Origin: Clostridia bacterium
GTDB taxonomy: Bacteria; Bacillota; TC1; JBAXCZ01
NCBI GenBank assembly: GCA_037141195.1
Contig: JBAXCZ010000004.1
Span: forward strand, 37,043-101,042
DNA: 64,000 nt
Direction: 5' to 3'
Part shown: piece after piece, positions 1 to 8,563 of the stretch
Position numbering within the stretch: the stretch's first letter is position 1
Layout: each line of letters begins with the position of its first letter
Notes under the pieces: generated by a model
Seen by the model: the letters and a program-made list of their open reading frames with translations, nothing else
Databases searched by the model: none
What the model was told of the DNA's origin: nothing
Translations under genes and position numbers: made by a program

Positions 1-1
1 G

Positions 2-1063
2 TTGCAGAGCATGGAAGAGCTAATTGGTAATCCATCTAGCTTGCATAGTGAAGGTAGAATAGCTAAGCGAGCACTGCAAAAGGCTAGAGAGCAAGTAGCT
101 AAGCTTTTAGGATGTGAAGCCCATCAGTTATTTTTTTGTAGTGGAGGAACAGAGGCAAATAATTTAGCAGTCTTAGGTGCTTGTAGTTCTTGGCAAGGTA
201 AACATGCTATTCTATCTACAATAGAGCATCCTTCTGTACGTGATTTAGCAACAGAGATTAAACGATTAGGTGGAGAGGTAGATTTTTTATCAGTAAACGA
301 GCAGGGTATAGTTGAATTGGAAAAACTTGCCACACTAATTAAAAAGAATACGGTAATAGTTAGTGTAATGCTAGTTAATAATGAGACAGGATGCATCCAA
401 CCTGTAGAAGCAATAGCTAAAATAGCCAAACAAGCAGGAGTATTATGTCATTCTGATGGAGTACAAGCGGCAGGTAAGCTGAGTATTAATGTGCAAGAAT
501 TAGCTGTAGATTTACTATCAATTTCTAGTCATAAATTTTACGGACCAAAGGGTGTAGGTGTACTCTATGTTGGTCCTAATGTTGTCTTGCAACCACGCCA
601 AATTGGTGGCGGACAAGAGCGTAGAGTGCGGAGTGGTACCGAAAATCTTGTTGGTATTGTGGGATGTGGAGTAGCAGCAGAATTAGCGGAGCAGGAAATG
701 GTGTTAGAAAAAAAACGCATAACCAGTTTACAGCAATTATTACAACAAAATTTACAAGCATTAATAGTTGATGGCAAAATACAGCTTAATAGTACTGATG
801 TACAGGCTTTTCCGTGGATTTGCAGCTTTTCAGTATTAGCAGAAGATAATGGATTGCTTTTAAGAAAATTAGATATGCTAGGATTTGCAGTTTCAAGCGG
901 TTCCGCCTGTTCTGAAGGGGAAGCGAAAAATTCTCATGTATTAGTAGCTATGAGAAAAAAACAAAAGGAAATTGAAGGTGTGATTAGGGTAAGCTTAGGT
1001 AAATATCTGACAGCAGGGCAAATTATCACTTTTTGTCAAACTTTGAGAGGTTTATTACAATAA
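2..1063 (+). CDS. cysteine desulfurase (class V aminotransferase, NifS/IscS-like); 5' end lies outside the window
   Basis: The ORF is open to the window edge. It carries the PLP-lysine context SISSHKFYGPKG and the catalytic Cys loop SSGSACSEG. Confidence 0.85.
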   Translation: MQSMEELIGNPSSLHSEGRIAKRALQKAREQVAKLLGCEAHQLFFCSGGTEANNLAVLGACSSWQGKHAILSTIEHPSVRDLATEIKRLGGEVDFLSVNEQGIVELEKLATLIKKNTVIVSVMLVNNETGCIQPVEAIAKIAKQAGVLCHSDGVQAAGKLSINVQELAVDLLSISSHKFYGPKGVGVLYVGPNVVLQPRQIGGGQERRVRSGTENLVGIVGCGVAAELAEQEMVLEKKRITSLQQLLQQNLQALIVDGKIQLNSTDVQAFPWICSFSVLAEDNGLLLRKLDMLGFAVSSGSACSEGEAKNSHVLVAMRKKQKEIEGVIRVSLGKYLTAGQIITFCQTLRGLLQ

Positions 1064-1067
1064 ATAT

Positions 1068-1095
1068 TTGACAAATTGTAGGCTAATGATAAAAT
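1068..1095 (+). promoter_or_regulatory. sigma-A type promoter upstream of recA
   Basis: TTGACA at 1068-1073, a 16-nt spacer, then TAAAAT at 1090-1095. Confidence 0.55.
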
Positions 1096-1101
1096 AACAC
1101 T

Positions 1102-1115
1102 AGAACATATGTTTG
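1102..1115 (+). promoter_or_regulatory. LexA/DinR SOS box (Cheo box)
   Basis: AGAACATATGTTTG fits the Gram-positive consensus CGAAC-N4-GTTCG with one half-site mismatch. It lies between the -10 element and the recA RBS. Confidence 0.65.
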
Positions 1116-1133
1116 AATAGAGGAGTGAAAAAA

Positions 1134-2225
1134 GTGGCCGAAAAGAAAAATGAAAAAGTAACAGTTGACCGTTTTAATCCTGATAAATCTGCAGCCTTAG
1201 AGGTGGCATTAAAAGGTATAGAAAAGCAATTTGGCAAGGGAGCAATTATGAGATTTGGGGATCCAAATGCACATATGGAAATTGAAGTTATTCCTACAGG
1301 TGCAGTAGGGTTAGATATTGCGCTTGGTGTAGGAGGATTGCCACGGGGAAGAATTATAGAAATTTTTGGACCTGAATCTTCTGGTAAAACAACAGTTGCA
1401 CTGCATGTTGTAGCAGAGGCTCAAAAACTTGGAGGAAATGCAGCTTTTATTGACGCAGAGCATGCGTTAGATCCAATTTATGCCAAACATTTAGGTGTAA
1501 ATATTGATGAACTTTTGATCTCCCAACCAGATACAGGTGAACAGGGTTTAGAAATTGCTGAAGCTTTAGTTCGTTCTAGTGCAATTGATGTAATCGTAGT
1601 TGACTCTGTTGCAGCTTTAGTACCTAGGGCAGAAATAGAAGGGGAAATGGGAGACTCTCATATGGGACTTCATGCTCGCCTAATGTCTCAAGCCCTCAGA
1701 AAGCTTGCTGGTATAGTAAGCAAATCAAACACTTTGATTATATTTATTAATCAGCTAAGAGAAAAAGTTGGCGTAATGTATGGCAACCCAGAAACAACTA
1801 CGGGTGGACGTGCATTAAAATTCTATGCAAGCATTAGGCTTGATGTGCGTAAAATTGAGACAATGAAAAAAGGAACGGAAATGATTGGTAGTCGTACTCG
1901 AGTTAAGGTTGTGAAAAATAAGGTAGCTCCTCCCTTCAAACAAGCTGAATTTGATATTATGTACGGTGAAGGTATATCTATGGAGGGTAGTTTAATAGAT
2001 GTTGGTTTAGATCTTGAAATAATTAGTCGTGGCGGCGCTTGGTATTCCTACAATGGAGATCGCATTGGTCAAGGGCGTGAAAATGCTAAAACCTATTTGA
2101 AAGAAAACAAAGCGGTAGCTGGTGCTATTGATAGTGAAATCCGCAAAAAAATTAAAGAAAATCGGGATCTCTTAAACAAGTTTGATATTATAGGCGATGC
2201 AGATGACGGAAACTTTGAGGATTAG
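1134..2225 (+). CDS. recA: recombinase RecA
   Basis: Contains Walker [10 protein letters not shown] and full-length RecA motifs ([17 protein letters not shown]). I prefer the GTG at 1134, 8 nt after the GAGGAG RBS, over the track start at 1113. Confidence 0.97.
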   Translation: MAEKKNEKVTVDRFNPDKSAALEVALKGIEKQFGKGAIMRFGDPNAHMEIEVIPTGAVGLDIALGVGGLPRGRIIEIFGPESSGKTTVALHVVAEAQKLGGNAAFIDAEHALDPIYAKHLGVNIDELLISQPDTGEQGLEIAEALVRSSAIDVIVVDSVAALVPRAEIEGEMGDSHMGLHARLMSQALRKLAGIVSKSNTLIIFINQLREKVGVMYGNPETTTGGRALKFYASIRLDVRKIETMKKGTEMIGSRTRVKVVKNKVAPPFKQAEFDIMYGEGISMEGSLIDVGLDLEIISRGGAWYSYNGDRIGQGRENAKTYLKENKAVAGAIDSEIRKKIKENRDLLNKFDIIGDADDGNFED

Positions 2226-2227
2226 GT

Positions 2228-2725
2228 ATGGAAGGTTATGAACGCTTAAAGCACAATGCCATGTATAAGCTAGGAAGACATGCCTATACTGAACAGGAGA
2301 TGCGCAAAAAGCTAAGAGAAGTAAGCGAGGATGAAGAAGCAATAGCTGCTGTTATTGCCTGGCTCTTAGACCATAGCTTTCTTTGTGATGCAAATTACAC
2401 AGAAAACTATATTCGTCAACACAAAAACTTACAAAAACATTCACCTCGTAGGATAGCTGCAGGTTTAAGAGAAAAAGGTATAGCAACAGATTTGATTAAG
2501 CTAGCTTTAGAAGAAGATTATAGCGAAGAAGAAGCGTTGAAGATAGCTCAAATGTTGCTGAATAAAAAATTTACTCGGCCTTGCGAAGAAAAAGTAGAAG
2601 CACTTAAGCAAAAACAGAAGATGTATCGTTTTCTACAAGGGAGAGGATTTAGCTCAGCAGTCATTATGAGTGTTATGCAAGCAAAATTGGAGGAATTTGC
2701 AGAAGAAATAGCCAACATCTCATAA
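2228..2725 (+). CDS. recX: RecA regulator RecX
   Basis: A 165-aa helical-repeat protein immediately downstream of recA. Size and synteny are typical of RecX. Confidence 0.8.
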   Translation: MEGYERLKHNAMYKLGRHAYTEQEMRKKLREVSEDEEAIAAVIAWLLDHSFLCDANYTENYIRQHKNLQKHSPRRIAAGLREKGIATDLIKLALEEDYSEEEALKIAQMLLNKKFTRPCEEKVEALKQKQKMYRFLQGRGFSSAVIMSVMQAKLEEFAEEIANIS

Positions 2726-2731
2726 TGTTTG

Positions 2732-2760
2732 TTGACACTTCCAATTTATAAAGGTAAAAT
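2732..2760 (+). promoter_or_regulatory. strong sigma-A promoter with no ORF behind it
   Basis: TTGACA at 2732-2737, a 17-nt spacer, then TAAAAT at 2755-2760. Confidence 0.55.
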
Positions 2761-2982
2761 AGATGCTAGGGACTAGAGTTAGTTTTTTAATTGTGATATT
2801 ACGATAATTCGTTGTAGATAAATAAATGACTTTACTGTTGAAAGATGTGTGTTAAGATAGGATATTTCTATAATAATAAAAAAACTGCAGTGAGTTTTTC
2901 ACTGTTAGAAATACACAACAAGAGACGGAAGAGGTATTTTTTAATACATTATTAATATCGATTATCATAAGCTAACATATTT

Positions 2983-3009
2983 AACCGAGTCCTGTACTCG
3001 GTTTTTTTT
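2983..3009 (+). terminator. intrinsic terminator ending the non-coding unit upstream of rny
   Basis: AACCGAGT-cctgt-ACTCGGTT followed by T6. Confidence 0.75.
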
Positions 3010-3062
3010 ATTTCTAAAAAAAATTATAAAATTATGTAGAACAGAAGAAGAGGAGGTGTAGC

Positions 3063-4616
3063 ATGGCAATATTTTTAAACCCAATTGTAGGTATCTTGAT
3101 AGCATTAGTAATTGGTTTTATTTTTTTTGCAATAGGATTTTTTGTAAGACGCTCATTAGCGGAGGCGAAAATAGGTTCTGCGGAAGTTGAATCAAAGCGT
3201 CTATTAGCAGAAGCAAAAACTGTAGCTGAGGCTAAAAAACGAGAAGCAATTGTCGAAGCAAAGGATGAAACTTATCGCCTACGTAATGAACTGGAAAAAG
3301 AAACAAAGGAAAGACGTAGCGAGCTCCAAAAAAATGAAAAACGCTTAATTCAAAAAGAAGAAACGCTAGACAGAAAGTTAGATTCAATTGAGCGTAAAGA
3401 AGAAAATCTACATCGCAAGGAGTCTGAGCTTGAACATCATAAAGAAGAAATTGATGCCTTAAAGGAAAAAGAAATAAGAGAACTGGAAAGAATTTCAGGA
3501 CTTACCTTTGAGGAAGCAAAAGATGTGCTCTTAAATAGCTTGCAAAACGAACTTACTCATGAGTCAGCTGTAATGATCAAGCAGATGGAGTTAGATACAA
3601 AAGAGCAAAGTGATAAAAAAGCTCGTGAAATTGTAGGTCTGGCAATTCAAAGATGTGCAGCAGATCATGTAGCAGAAAGTACAGTATCAGTGGTTGCATT
3701 GCCAAATGATGAAATGAAAGGTCGTATTATTGGCCGTGAAGGTAGAAACATACGCGCTCTAGAAACTTTAACAGGTATTGAATTAATCATCGATGATACT
3801 CCGGAAGCTGTTGTTTTATCCGGATTTGATCCAGTGCGTCGTGAAATTGCGAGAATTGCTCTAGAAAAACTAATTCTAGATGGAAGAATTCACCCTGCAC
3901 GAATCGAAGAAATGGTGGAAAAAGCTCGTAAAGAGGTGGACCAGATAATTCGTGAGGCTGGAGAACAAGCTTGTTTTGAAACAAATATTCATGGATTACA
4001 TCCGGAAATAGTGAAAATCTTAGGCAGATTGAAATATCGTACAAGTTATGGACAAAATGTCTTAAAGCATTCTGTTGAGGTAGCTCACTTAGCAGCTTTG
4101 ATGGCAGCTGAAATTGGTGCAGATGTAGCATTGGCTAAGCGTGCTGGACTTTTACACGATTTAGGCAAAGCTGTTGACCATGAAGTTGAAGGACCACATG
4201 TAACAATAGGTGCAGATTTAGCGAAAAAATACAAAGAATCAGCTATGGTAGTACATGCAATTGCAGCTCATCATAATGATATTGAACCACAAACAATGGA
4301 AGCAGTTTTAGTACAGGCTGCAGATGCAATTTCTGCGGCACGTCCTGGAGCAAGAAGAGAAACGCTACAAACATATATTAAAAGGCTGGAAAAATTGGAA
4401 GCAATTGCAGAGTCTTTTGACGGTGTGGAAAGATGTTTTGCTATTCAAGCAGGACGCGAAGTGCGTATCATGGTAAAACCAGATAAAATTAGCGAAGATA
4501 GTGCAATAATCTTAGCTAGGGATATTGTGAAGAATATCGAATCTGAAATGGAATATCCAGGCCAAATTAAAGTGGTAATAATTCGTGAAACAAGAGCAGT
4601 AGATTACGCTAAATAA
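3063..4616 (+). CDS. rny: ribonuclease Y
   Basis: Has an N-terminal TM helix, a coiled coil, a KH domain ([15 protein letters not shown]) and an HD domain (LLHDLGK). An AGGAGG RBS precedes it. Confidence 0.96.
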   Translation: MAIFLNPIVGILIALVIGFIFFAIGFFVRRSLAEAKIGSAEVESKRLLAEAKTVAEAKKREAIVEAKDETYRLRNELEKETKERRSELQKNEKRLIQKEETLDRKLDSIERKEENLHRKESELEHHKEEIDALKEKEIRELERISGLTFEEAKDVLLNSLQNELTHESAVMIKQMELDTKEQSDKKAREIVGLAIQRCAADHVAESTVSVVALPNDEMKGRIIGREGRNIRALETLTGIELIIDDTPEAVVLSGFDPVRREIARIALEKLILDGRIHPARIEEMVEKARKEVDQIIREAGEQACFETNIHGLHPEIVKILGRLKYRTSYGQNVLKHSVEVAHLAALMAAEIGADVALAKRAGLLHDLGKAVDHEVEGPHVTIGADLAKKYKESAMVVHAIAAHHNDIEPQTMEAVLVQAADAISAARPGARRETLQTYIKRLEKLEAIAESFDGVERCFAIQAGREVRIMVKPDKISEDSAIILARDIVKNIESEMEYPGQIKVVIIRETRAVDYAK

Positions 4617-4628
4617 ATATTTTTGCTA

Positions 4629-4668
4629 AATCCACAGCAATTGCGCAAGCATTGTTGTGGATTTTTTA
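4629..4668 (+). terminator. intrinsic terminator after rny
   Basis: A 13-bp stem AATCCACAGCAAT / ATTGTTGTGGATT with one G-T pair, followed by a T-tract. Confidence 0.8.
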
Positions 4669-4706
4669 TTAAAAAACAATTTGAAAAGAGCTGTTTCTCG
4701 TTTTCC

Positions 4707-4735
4707 TTGCTTTAAGTCTGTAATATGCATATAAT
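4707..4735 (+). promoter_or_regulatory. sigma-A promoter for the 4798 ORF and ymdB
   Basis: TTGCTT at 4707-4712, a 17-nt spacer, then TATAAT at 4730-4735. Confidence 0.5.
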
Positions 4736-4797
4736 AAATATCAGAACAAAAAATTTGTAGAAAAAAAAGGCTGTAAATAGTCTAAGGATCGGTGTAA

Positions 4798-5325
4798 ATG
4801 AAAAGAAGCTTACATAAAAAATTAAAACTTAAAAAAAATGATGAATACTTAGGATTTTTTATTACACTACTGGTAAAGTATCCTGAAGTTGAAGTTGTAG
4901 AATTTGATCCGCGTGAGCGAACATTGAAGCTACAATTTGCCATGTTAAAGGATGCTATATCACAAGAAGAAGAGCAAAAAGCTCAAGAATTGGAAAAGGC
5001 AAGTTTAGCTTACCTCCATCTTGAACATCGAAAAGGTACTGTTTGTAAGAGTGAGATTACACTAGAGGATGGAGTAGCAATCCTCAGCATTGTAAGAGAC
5101 ATTGATTCTATTAGCAATATAGAGCTGCAAATGCTCTTAGCTTTGGTAGAAGAAAATTTTGATATGGAAGTATACTTAGAACAGGGTGAAGAAGAGCTTA
5201 TGGACGAGCCTTGGATGCTAGAAGAAACAGAAACTTATTTATTAGATTTGCTAAAACGGGCGAAGGTGAGTAAAACACTTTTTGCATTACGAGACAAAGG
5301 TAAAGTCATGATTTTAACAAAGTAA
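4798..5325 (+). CDS. hypothetical acidic protein, no family recognised
   Basis: A 175-aa ORF in the same orientation as rny and ymdB, lying 11 nt upstream of ymdB. I recognise no motif. Confidence 0.55.
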   Translation: MKRSLHKKLKLKKNDEYLGFFITLLVKYPEVEVVEFDPRERTLKLQFAMLKDAISQEEEQKAQELEKASLAYLHLEHRKGTVCKSEITLEDGVAILSIVRDIDSISNIELQMLLALVEENFDMEVYLEQGEEELMDEPWMLEETETYLLDLLKRAKVSKTLFALRDKGKVMILTK

Positions 5326-5336
5326 GGGAGATTATC

Positions 5337-6119
5337 TTGAAGGTATTAATATTAGGAGATATTGTAGGCACGCCGGGTATGAAAATTGCAGTTAAATATA
5401 TTCAACAACTACGAGAAGAATTTGCAATAGATTTTGTAGTTGCTAATGGTGAAAATATAGTAAGTAGTGGGCGTGGATTTACTAAGGAAACTGTAGCTGA
5501 ACTCTTAGCAAACGGAGTAGATTGTATTACCTTGGGAAATCATACCTGGGATAGGTTTGAGGCTGGAGATCTATTAGCAAGTAACAATAGATTGTTAAGA
5601 CCTTTGAATTATCCAATTGGTACAAAGGGTAAGGGCTACACTACATTAACAGCGAAAAATGGTGAAAAAATTTGTGTTATTAATGTATTAGGGCGCTATT
5701 TTATGGAACCTTTGCGCTGCCCATTTAAGGCGGCCGAGGAACTCTTGCCAGAAATACACACTGTTACCAGAAATATCTTGATAGACATGCATGCAGAAGC
5801 AACTTCGGAAAAACAAGCCTTTGCTTGGTTTATGGACGGAAAAGTGAGCTGTGTTTACGGAACCCACACCCATGTGCAAACCAATGACGATAGGCTGTTA
5901 CCAAAGGGAACTGCATATATTACAGATGTTGGCATGACAGGACCAAGAGATTCAGTTATTGGTACTAAGGTTGATGTAGCCCTTCGGAAATTCTTAACGC
6001 AAATGCCTATTCGCATGGAGGTTGCAGAAGGACCCTTAGAATTAAATGCCATCGTCATAGAATTGGAAAATGGTAAGGCTATCTCTATTACTAAGTTGCG
6101 AAGAAATTGCGAAGCATAA
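5337..6119 (+). CDS. ymdB: YmdB-family metallophosphoesterase (2',3'-cyclic-nucleotide 2'-phosphodiesterase)
   Basis: Shows MKVLILGDIVG, ANGEN, GNH and GTHTHVQT metallophosphoesterase motifs. The rny-ymdB synteny matches Bacillus. The start codon is TTG. Confidence 0.88.
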   Translation: MKVLILGDIVGTPGMKIAVKYIQQLREEFAIDFVVANGENIVSSGRGFTKETVAELLANGVDCITLGNHTWDRFEAGDLLASNNRLLRPLNYPIGTKGKGYTTLTAKNGEKICVINVLGRYFMEPLRCPFKAAEELLPEIHTVTRNILIDMHAEATSEKQAFAWFMDGKVSCVYGTHTHVQTNDDRLLPKGTAYITDVGMTGPRDSVIGTKVDVALRKFLTQMPIRMEVAEGPLELNAIVIELENGKAISITKLRRNCEA

Positions 6120-6148
6120 AGCAAACAAAAAAAATTAAAAGTCAAGCC

Positions 6149-6176
6149 TTAACATTTAAGAAATAAGTGTTATAAT
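6149..6176 (+). promoter_or_regulatory. extended -10 promoter driving the structured RNA
   Basis: TTAACA at 6149-6154, a 16-nt spacer ending in TGT, then TATAAT at 6171-6176. Confidence 0.55.
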
Positions 6177-6182
6177 TAAGTT

Positions 6183-6352
6183 GCCTGAGAGGTGCGCGTT
6201 TAAGCTTGCAGTATTTAAACCTACATCTATTATTCGGGAGCTCGGGTTCCATTGTGCTGTTGCCTTTATTGGCCGTTTATGTCCAGTGGATAGGGCACCC
6301 ACCTGTTATTACGCAGGGCGTTAAATACTGCGGTTAGCGGCCCCTTGGGTTT
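6183..6352 (+). ncRNA. ssrS: candidate 6S RNA; ends are approximate
   Basis: This is a non-coding stretch of about 170 nt. CCTGAGAGG (6184-6192) pairs with CCCCTTGGG (6341-6349), and GCAGTATTTAAAC (6208-6220) pairs with GTTAAATACTGC (6320-6331). These stems enclose an unpaired central region. The CGGGAGC and ACCCACCT segments resemble B. subtilis 6S-1 as I recall it. Confidence 0.45.
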
Positions 6353-6382
6353 TAATAAAATATAAGAGCTATAATAATAAAA

Positions 6383-6427
6383 AGAATTCCAGAAATGACA
6401 ATAAGTCATTCTTGGAATTCTTTTTTA
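6383..6427 (+). terminator. intrinsic terminator
   Basis: A 17-bp stem AGAATTCCAGAAATGAC / GTCATTCTTGGAATTCT followed by T6. Confidence 0.85.
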
Positions 6428-6477
6428 TTGGTAATTGATACTAAATAAGTATTATAAAAATAAATATTTTCCAGCTA

Positions 6478-6506
6478 TTGCGAAAAATTATAGGCTATGG
6501 TAAGAT
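6478..6506 (+). promoter_or_regulatory. putative promoter of the accessory cluster
   Basis: TTGCGA at 6478-6483, a 17-nt spacer, then TAAGAT at 6501-6506. Confidence 0.35.
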
Positions 6507-6514
6507 GTAAAAAA

Positions 6515-6538
6515 TAAGTAGTACAACTAAGTAGTACA
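6515..6538 (+). promoter_or_regulatory. direct repeat TAAGTAGTACA x2, candidate GntR/HutC operator
   Basis: Identical 11-mers sit at 6515-6525 and 6528-6538. Each contains the GTA-N-TAC core typical of GntR-family sites, and both lie just downstream of the putative -10. Confidence 0.35.
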
Positions 6539-6571
6539 TTTAAGTATAGCTTAAAAATTGGAGGAACAATA

Positions 6572-7531
6572 ATGTTTAGCTTAAGTAAAGATACAGTGAA
6601 AATAGTGCAAGAAAAAATATTACCAAAAGCTGAACAATTAAATTGTGCTGTTCATAATTTAAGCAATGGCGCAACTGTTGTCGATATGGGTATTCAAGCA
6701 GGTGGTAGCTGGGAAGCGGCTCAGCTTTTTACGGAAGTTACTTTAAGTGGCATGGGAATGGTAAGCTTTGGCAGATTCAAGTTAGGAAATATTGATTTGC
6801 CCTCGGTCAATGTACATATTAGCAAACCTCAAATTGCTTGTTTATCTTCGCAATTTTCTTCTTGGAAAATCCAAGCTGACGAAGAATATGAGATTACTGG
6901 CTTGGGTTCTGGGCCTGCGCGGGCACTTGCTCAAAATGATCATATAGCGGCTTTATGGGACTATCAAGATATGAATTTTGAAACTGTTTTTGCAGCTCAG
7001 ATGAGCAGCATTCCAGATGAAGAATTTGCGGAAAACATTGCAAAAGCCTGTAAAATAAAGCCTGAGAATTTATATATTATCGCTGCTAAAACAGGCAGTA
7101 TAGTAGGATCAGTACAAATTTGTGCAAGAATGATTGAAGCATCAATGTGGAGACTAAATTATGACGGATTTGACATAAAAAAAATCATCACTGCCTCGGG
7201 TTTTGCTCCAATTGCACCTTGTGTTAATAATGAACTGCTTGCTATGAATAGGGTGAATACAGCTGTATTATATGGTGCAACAGCAAGCTATATCGTGGAT
7301 TGTGAAGATGCAGAGATTGAAAGAATTCTTAATTCTTTAGCATTTTCATCCTCCAAGTTTTATGGTCGTGAGTTTTCAGACTTGTTTGATGAAGGTAGCA
7401 GGGATATTTTTAAGATGGATATTGATGCGCATAAAGTAGCCTGCATTGAAATTAATAATTATCGTACAGGAAGAAGTTTTAAGGTGGGAAATTTAAATGA
7501 GGAAATGCTTAGTAAGGCCTTCTTTAATTAA
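6572..7531 (+). CDS. methenyltetrahydromethanopterin cyclohydrolase (Mch) family protein, paralogue 1
   Basis: A 319-aa ORF. The NGATVVDMG..AGG, LSSQFS.W, GSGPARALA and GSIVGSVQICARMIE blocks, together with the length, match archaeal Mch as I recall it. A GGAGG RBS precedes the ORF. Confidence 0.7.
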   Translation: MFSLSKDTVKIVQEKILPKAEQLNCAVHNLSNGATVVDMGIQAGGSWEAAQLFTEVTLSGMGMVSFGRFKLGNIDLPSVNVHISKPQIACLSSQFSSWKIQADEEYEITGLGSGPARALAQNDHIAALWDYQDMNFETVFAAQMSSIPDEEFAENIAKACKIKPENLYIIAAKTGSIVGSVQICARMIEASMWRLNYDGFDIKKIITASGFAPIAPCVNNELLAMNRVNTAVLYGATASYIVDCEDAEIERILNSLAFSSSKFYGREFSDLFDEGSRDIFKMDIDAHKVACIEINNYRTGRSFKVGNLNEEMLSKAFFN

Positions 7532-7592
7532 GTTAGCTAAACCAAAATTTATGCATAAAATTATTAATAGTGAATTTTGAGGAGAGAACAAG

Positions 7593-8561
7593 ATGAATAA
7601 AGAAAACCTTATCAAGCTATATAGAGATATGCAGCTAATTCGGCGTTTTGAAGAAGAAGTCGATAAATGTGCAAAAAAGGGAATCATTCCCGGTTTTATT
7701 CACCTCAGTATCGGGCAAGAAGCGGCTCAAGCAGGAATGTGTCATGTCTTAAAAAAAACAGATTTCAAGTACCCTGATCACAGAGGTCATGGCGCAATAG
7801 TTTTGTGTGGTACCGAACCAAAACTTGTAATGGCAGAGATATTCGGTAAAAAAACAGGTATTAATGGTGGTAGAGGTGGCTCTATGCATATTAATGACTT
7901 GAAATGTGGAAATCTAGGATTTAATGGAATTCAAGGATCTACTCAGGTTACCGCACTTGGGACAGCTTTTGCTTCGGTTTATAAAAATAATGATGCAGTT
8001 TCAGTCATATTCATGGGCGATGGTACATTAGGTGAAGGTGCATGTCACGAAAGCATAAACATGGCCGCAACCTGGAAATTACCTATTATCTATTGCTTAA
8101 TAAATAATCAATATGCAATTTCAACACACTATCATGAAGCTCACCCTCAAAAAGAATTAAAAACCTGGGGCGAAGGCTATGAAGTTCCATCTTTTAGAAT
8201 TGATGGTAATGACGTGGAGGCAGTTGTTGCAGCAGCAGAGATTGCAGTACAGAGAGCTCGTGATGGCATGGGACCAACTTTATTAGAATTAATGAGTTAT
8301 CGCTGGCAAGGACATTTTTCTGGAGATCCAGCCGCCTATAGACCAGATGAAGAAGTGGCGTATTGGAAGGCTAAAGATCCACTTAAGATTACCAAGGAAA
8401 GATTATTAAACCTGCATGGTGTTAGCGAAAACGATCTTCTTGTTATAGAACAAGAAGTGGAATTGATTATTAAGGATGCAGTAGAATTTTCTATTTCCAG
8501 TCCAGAACCAGATGAGCAAGATGGACTCCTATATGTCTATGCTGATATGGAGGTGCAATAA
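7593..8561 (+). CDS. TPP-dependent dehydrogenase E1 alpha subunit (AcoA/PdhA-like)
   Basis: Shows the GFIHLSIGQEA, GGRGGSMH and GDGTLGEG...NNQYAIST TPP-binding motifs. Confidence 0.85.
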   Translation: MNKENLIKLYRDMQLIRRFEEEVDKCAKKGIIPGFIHLSIGQEAAQAGMCHVLKKTDFKYPDHRGHGAIVLCGTEPKLVMAEIFGKKTGINGGRGGSMHINDLKCGNLGFNGIQGSTQVTALGTAFASVYKNNDAVSVIFMGDGTLGEGACHESINMAATWKLPIIYCLINNQYAISTHYHEAHPQKELKTWGEGYEVPSFRIDGNDVEAVVAAAEIAVQRARDGMGPTLLELMSYRWQGHFSGDPAAYRPDEEVAYWKAKDPLKITKERLLNLHGVSENDLLVIEQEVELIIKDAVEFSISSPEPDEQDGLLYVYADMEVQ

Positions 8562-8563
8562 GC

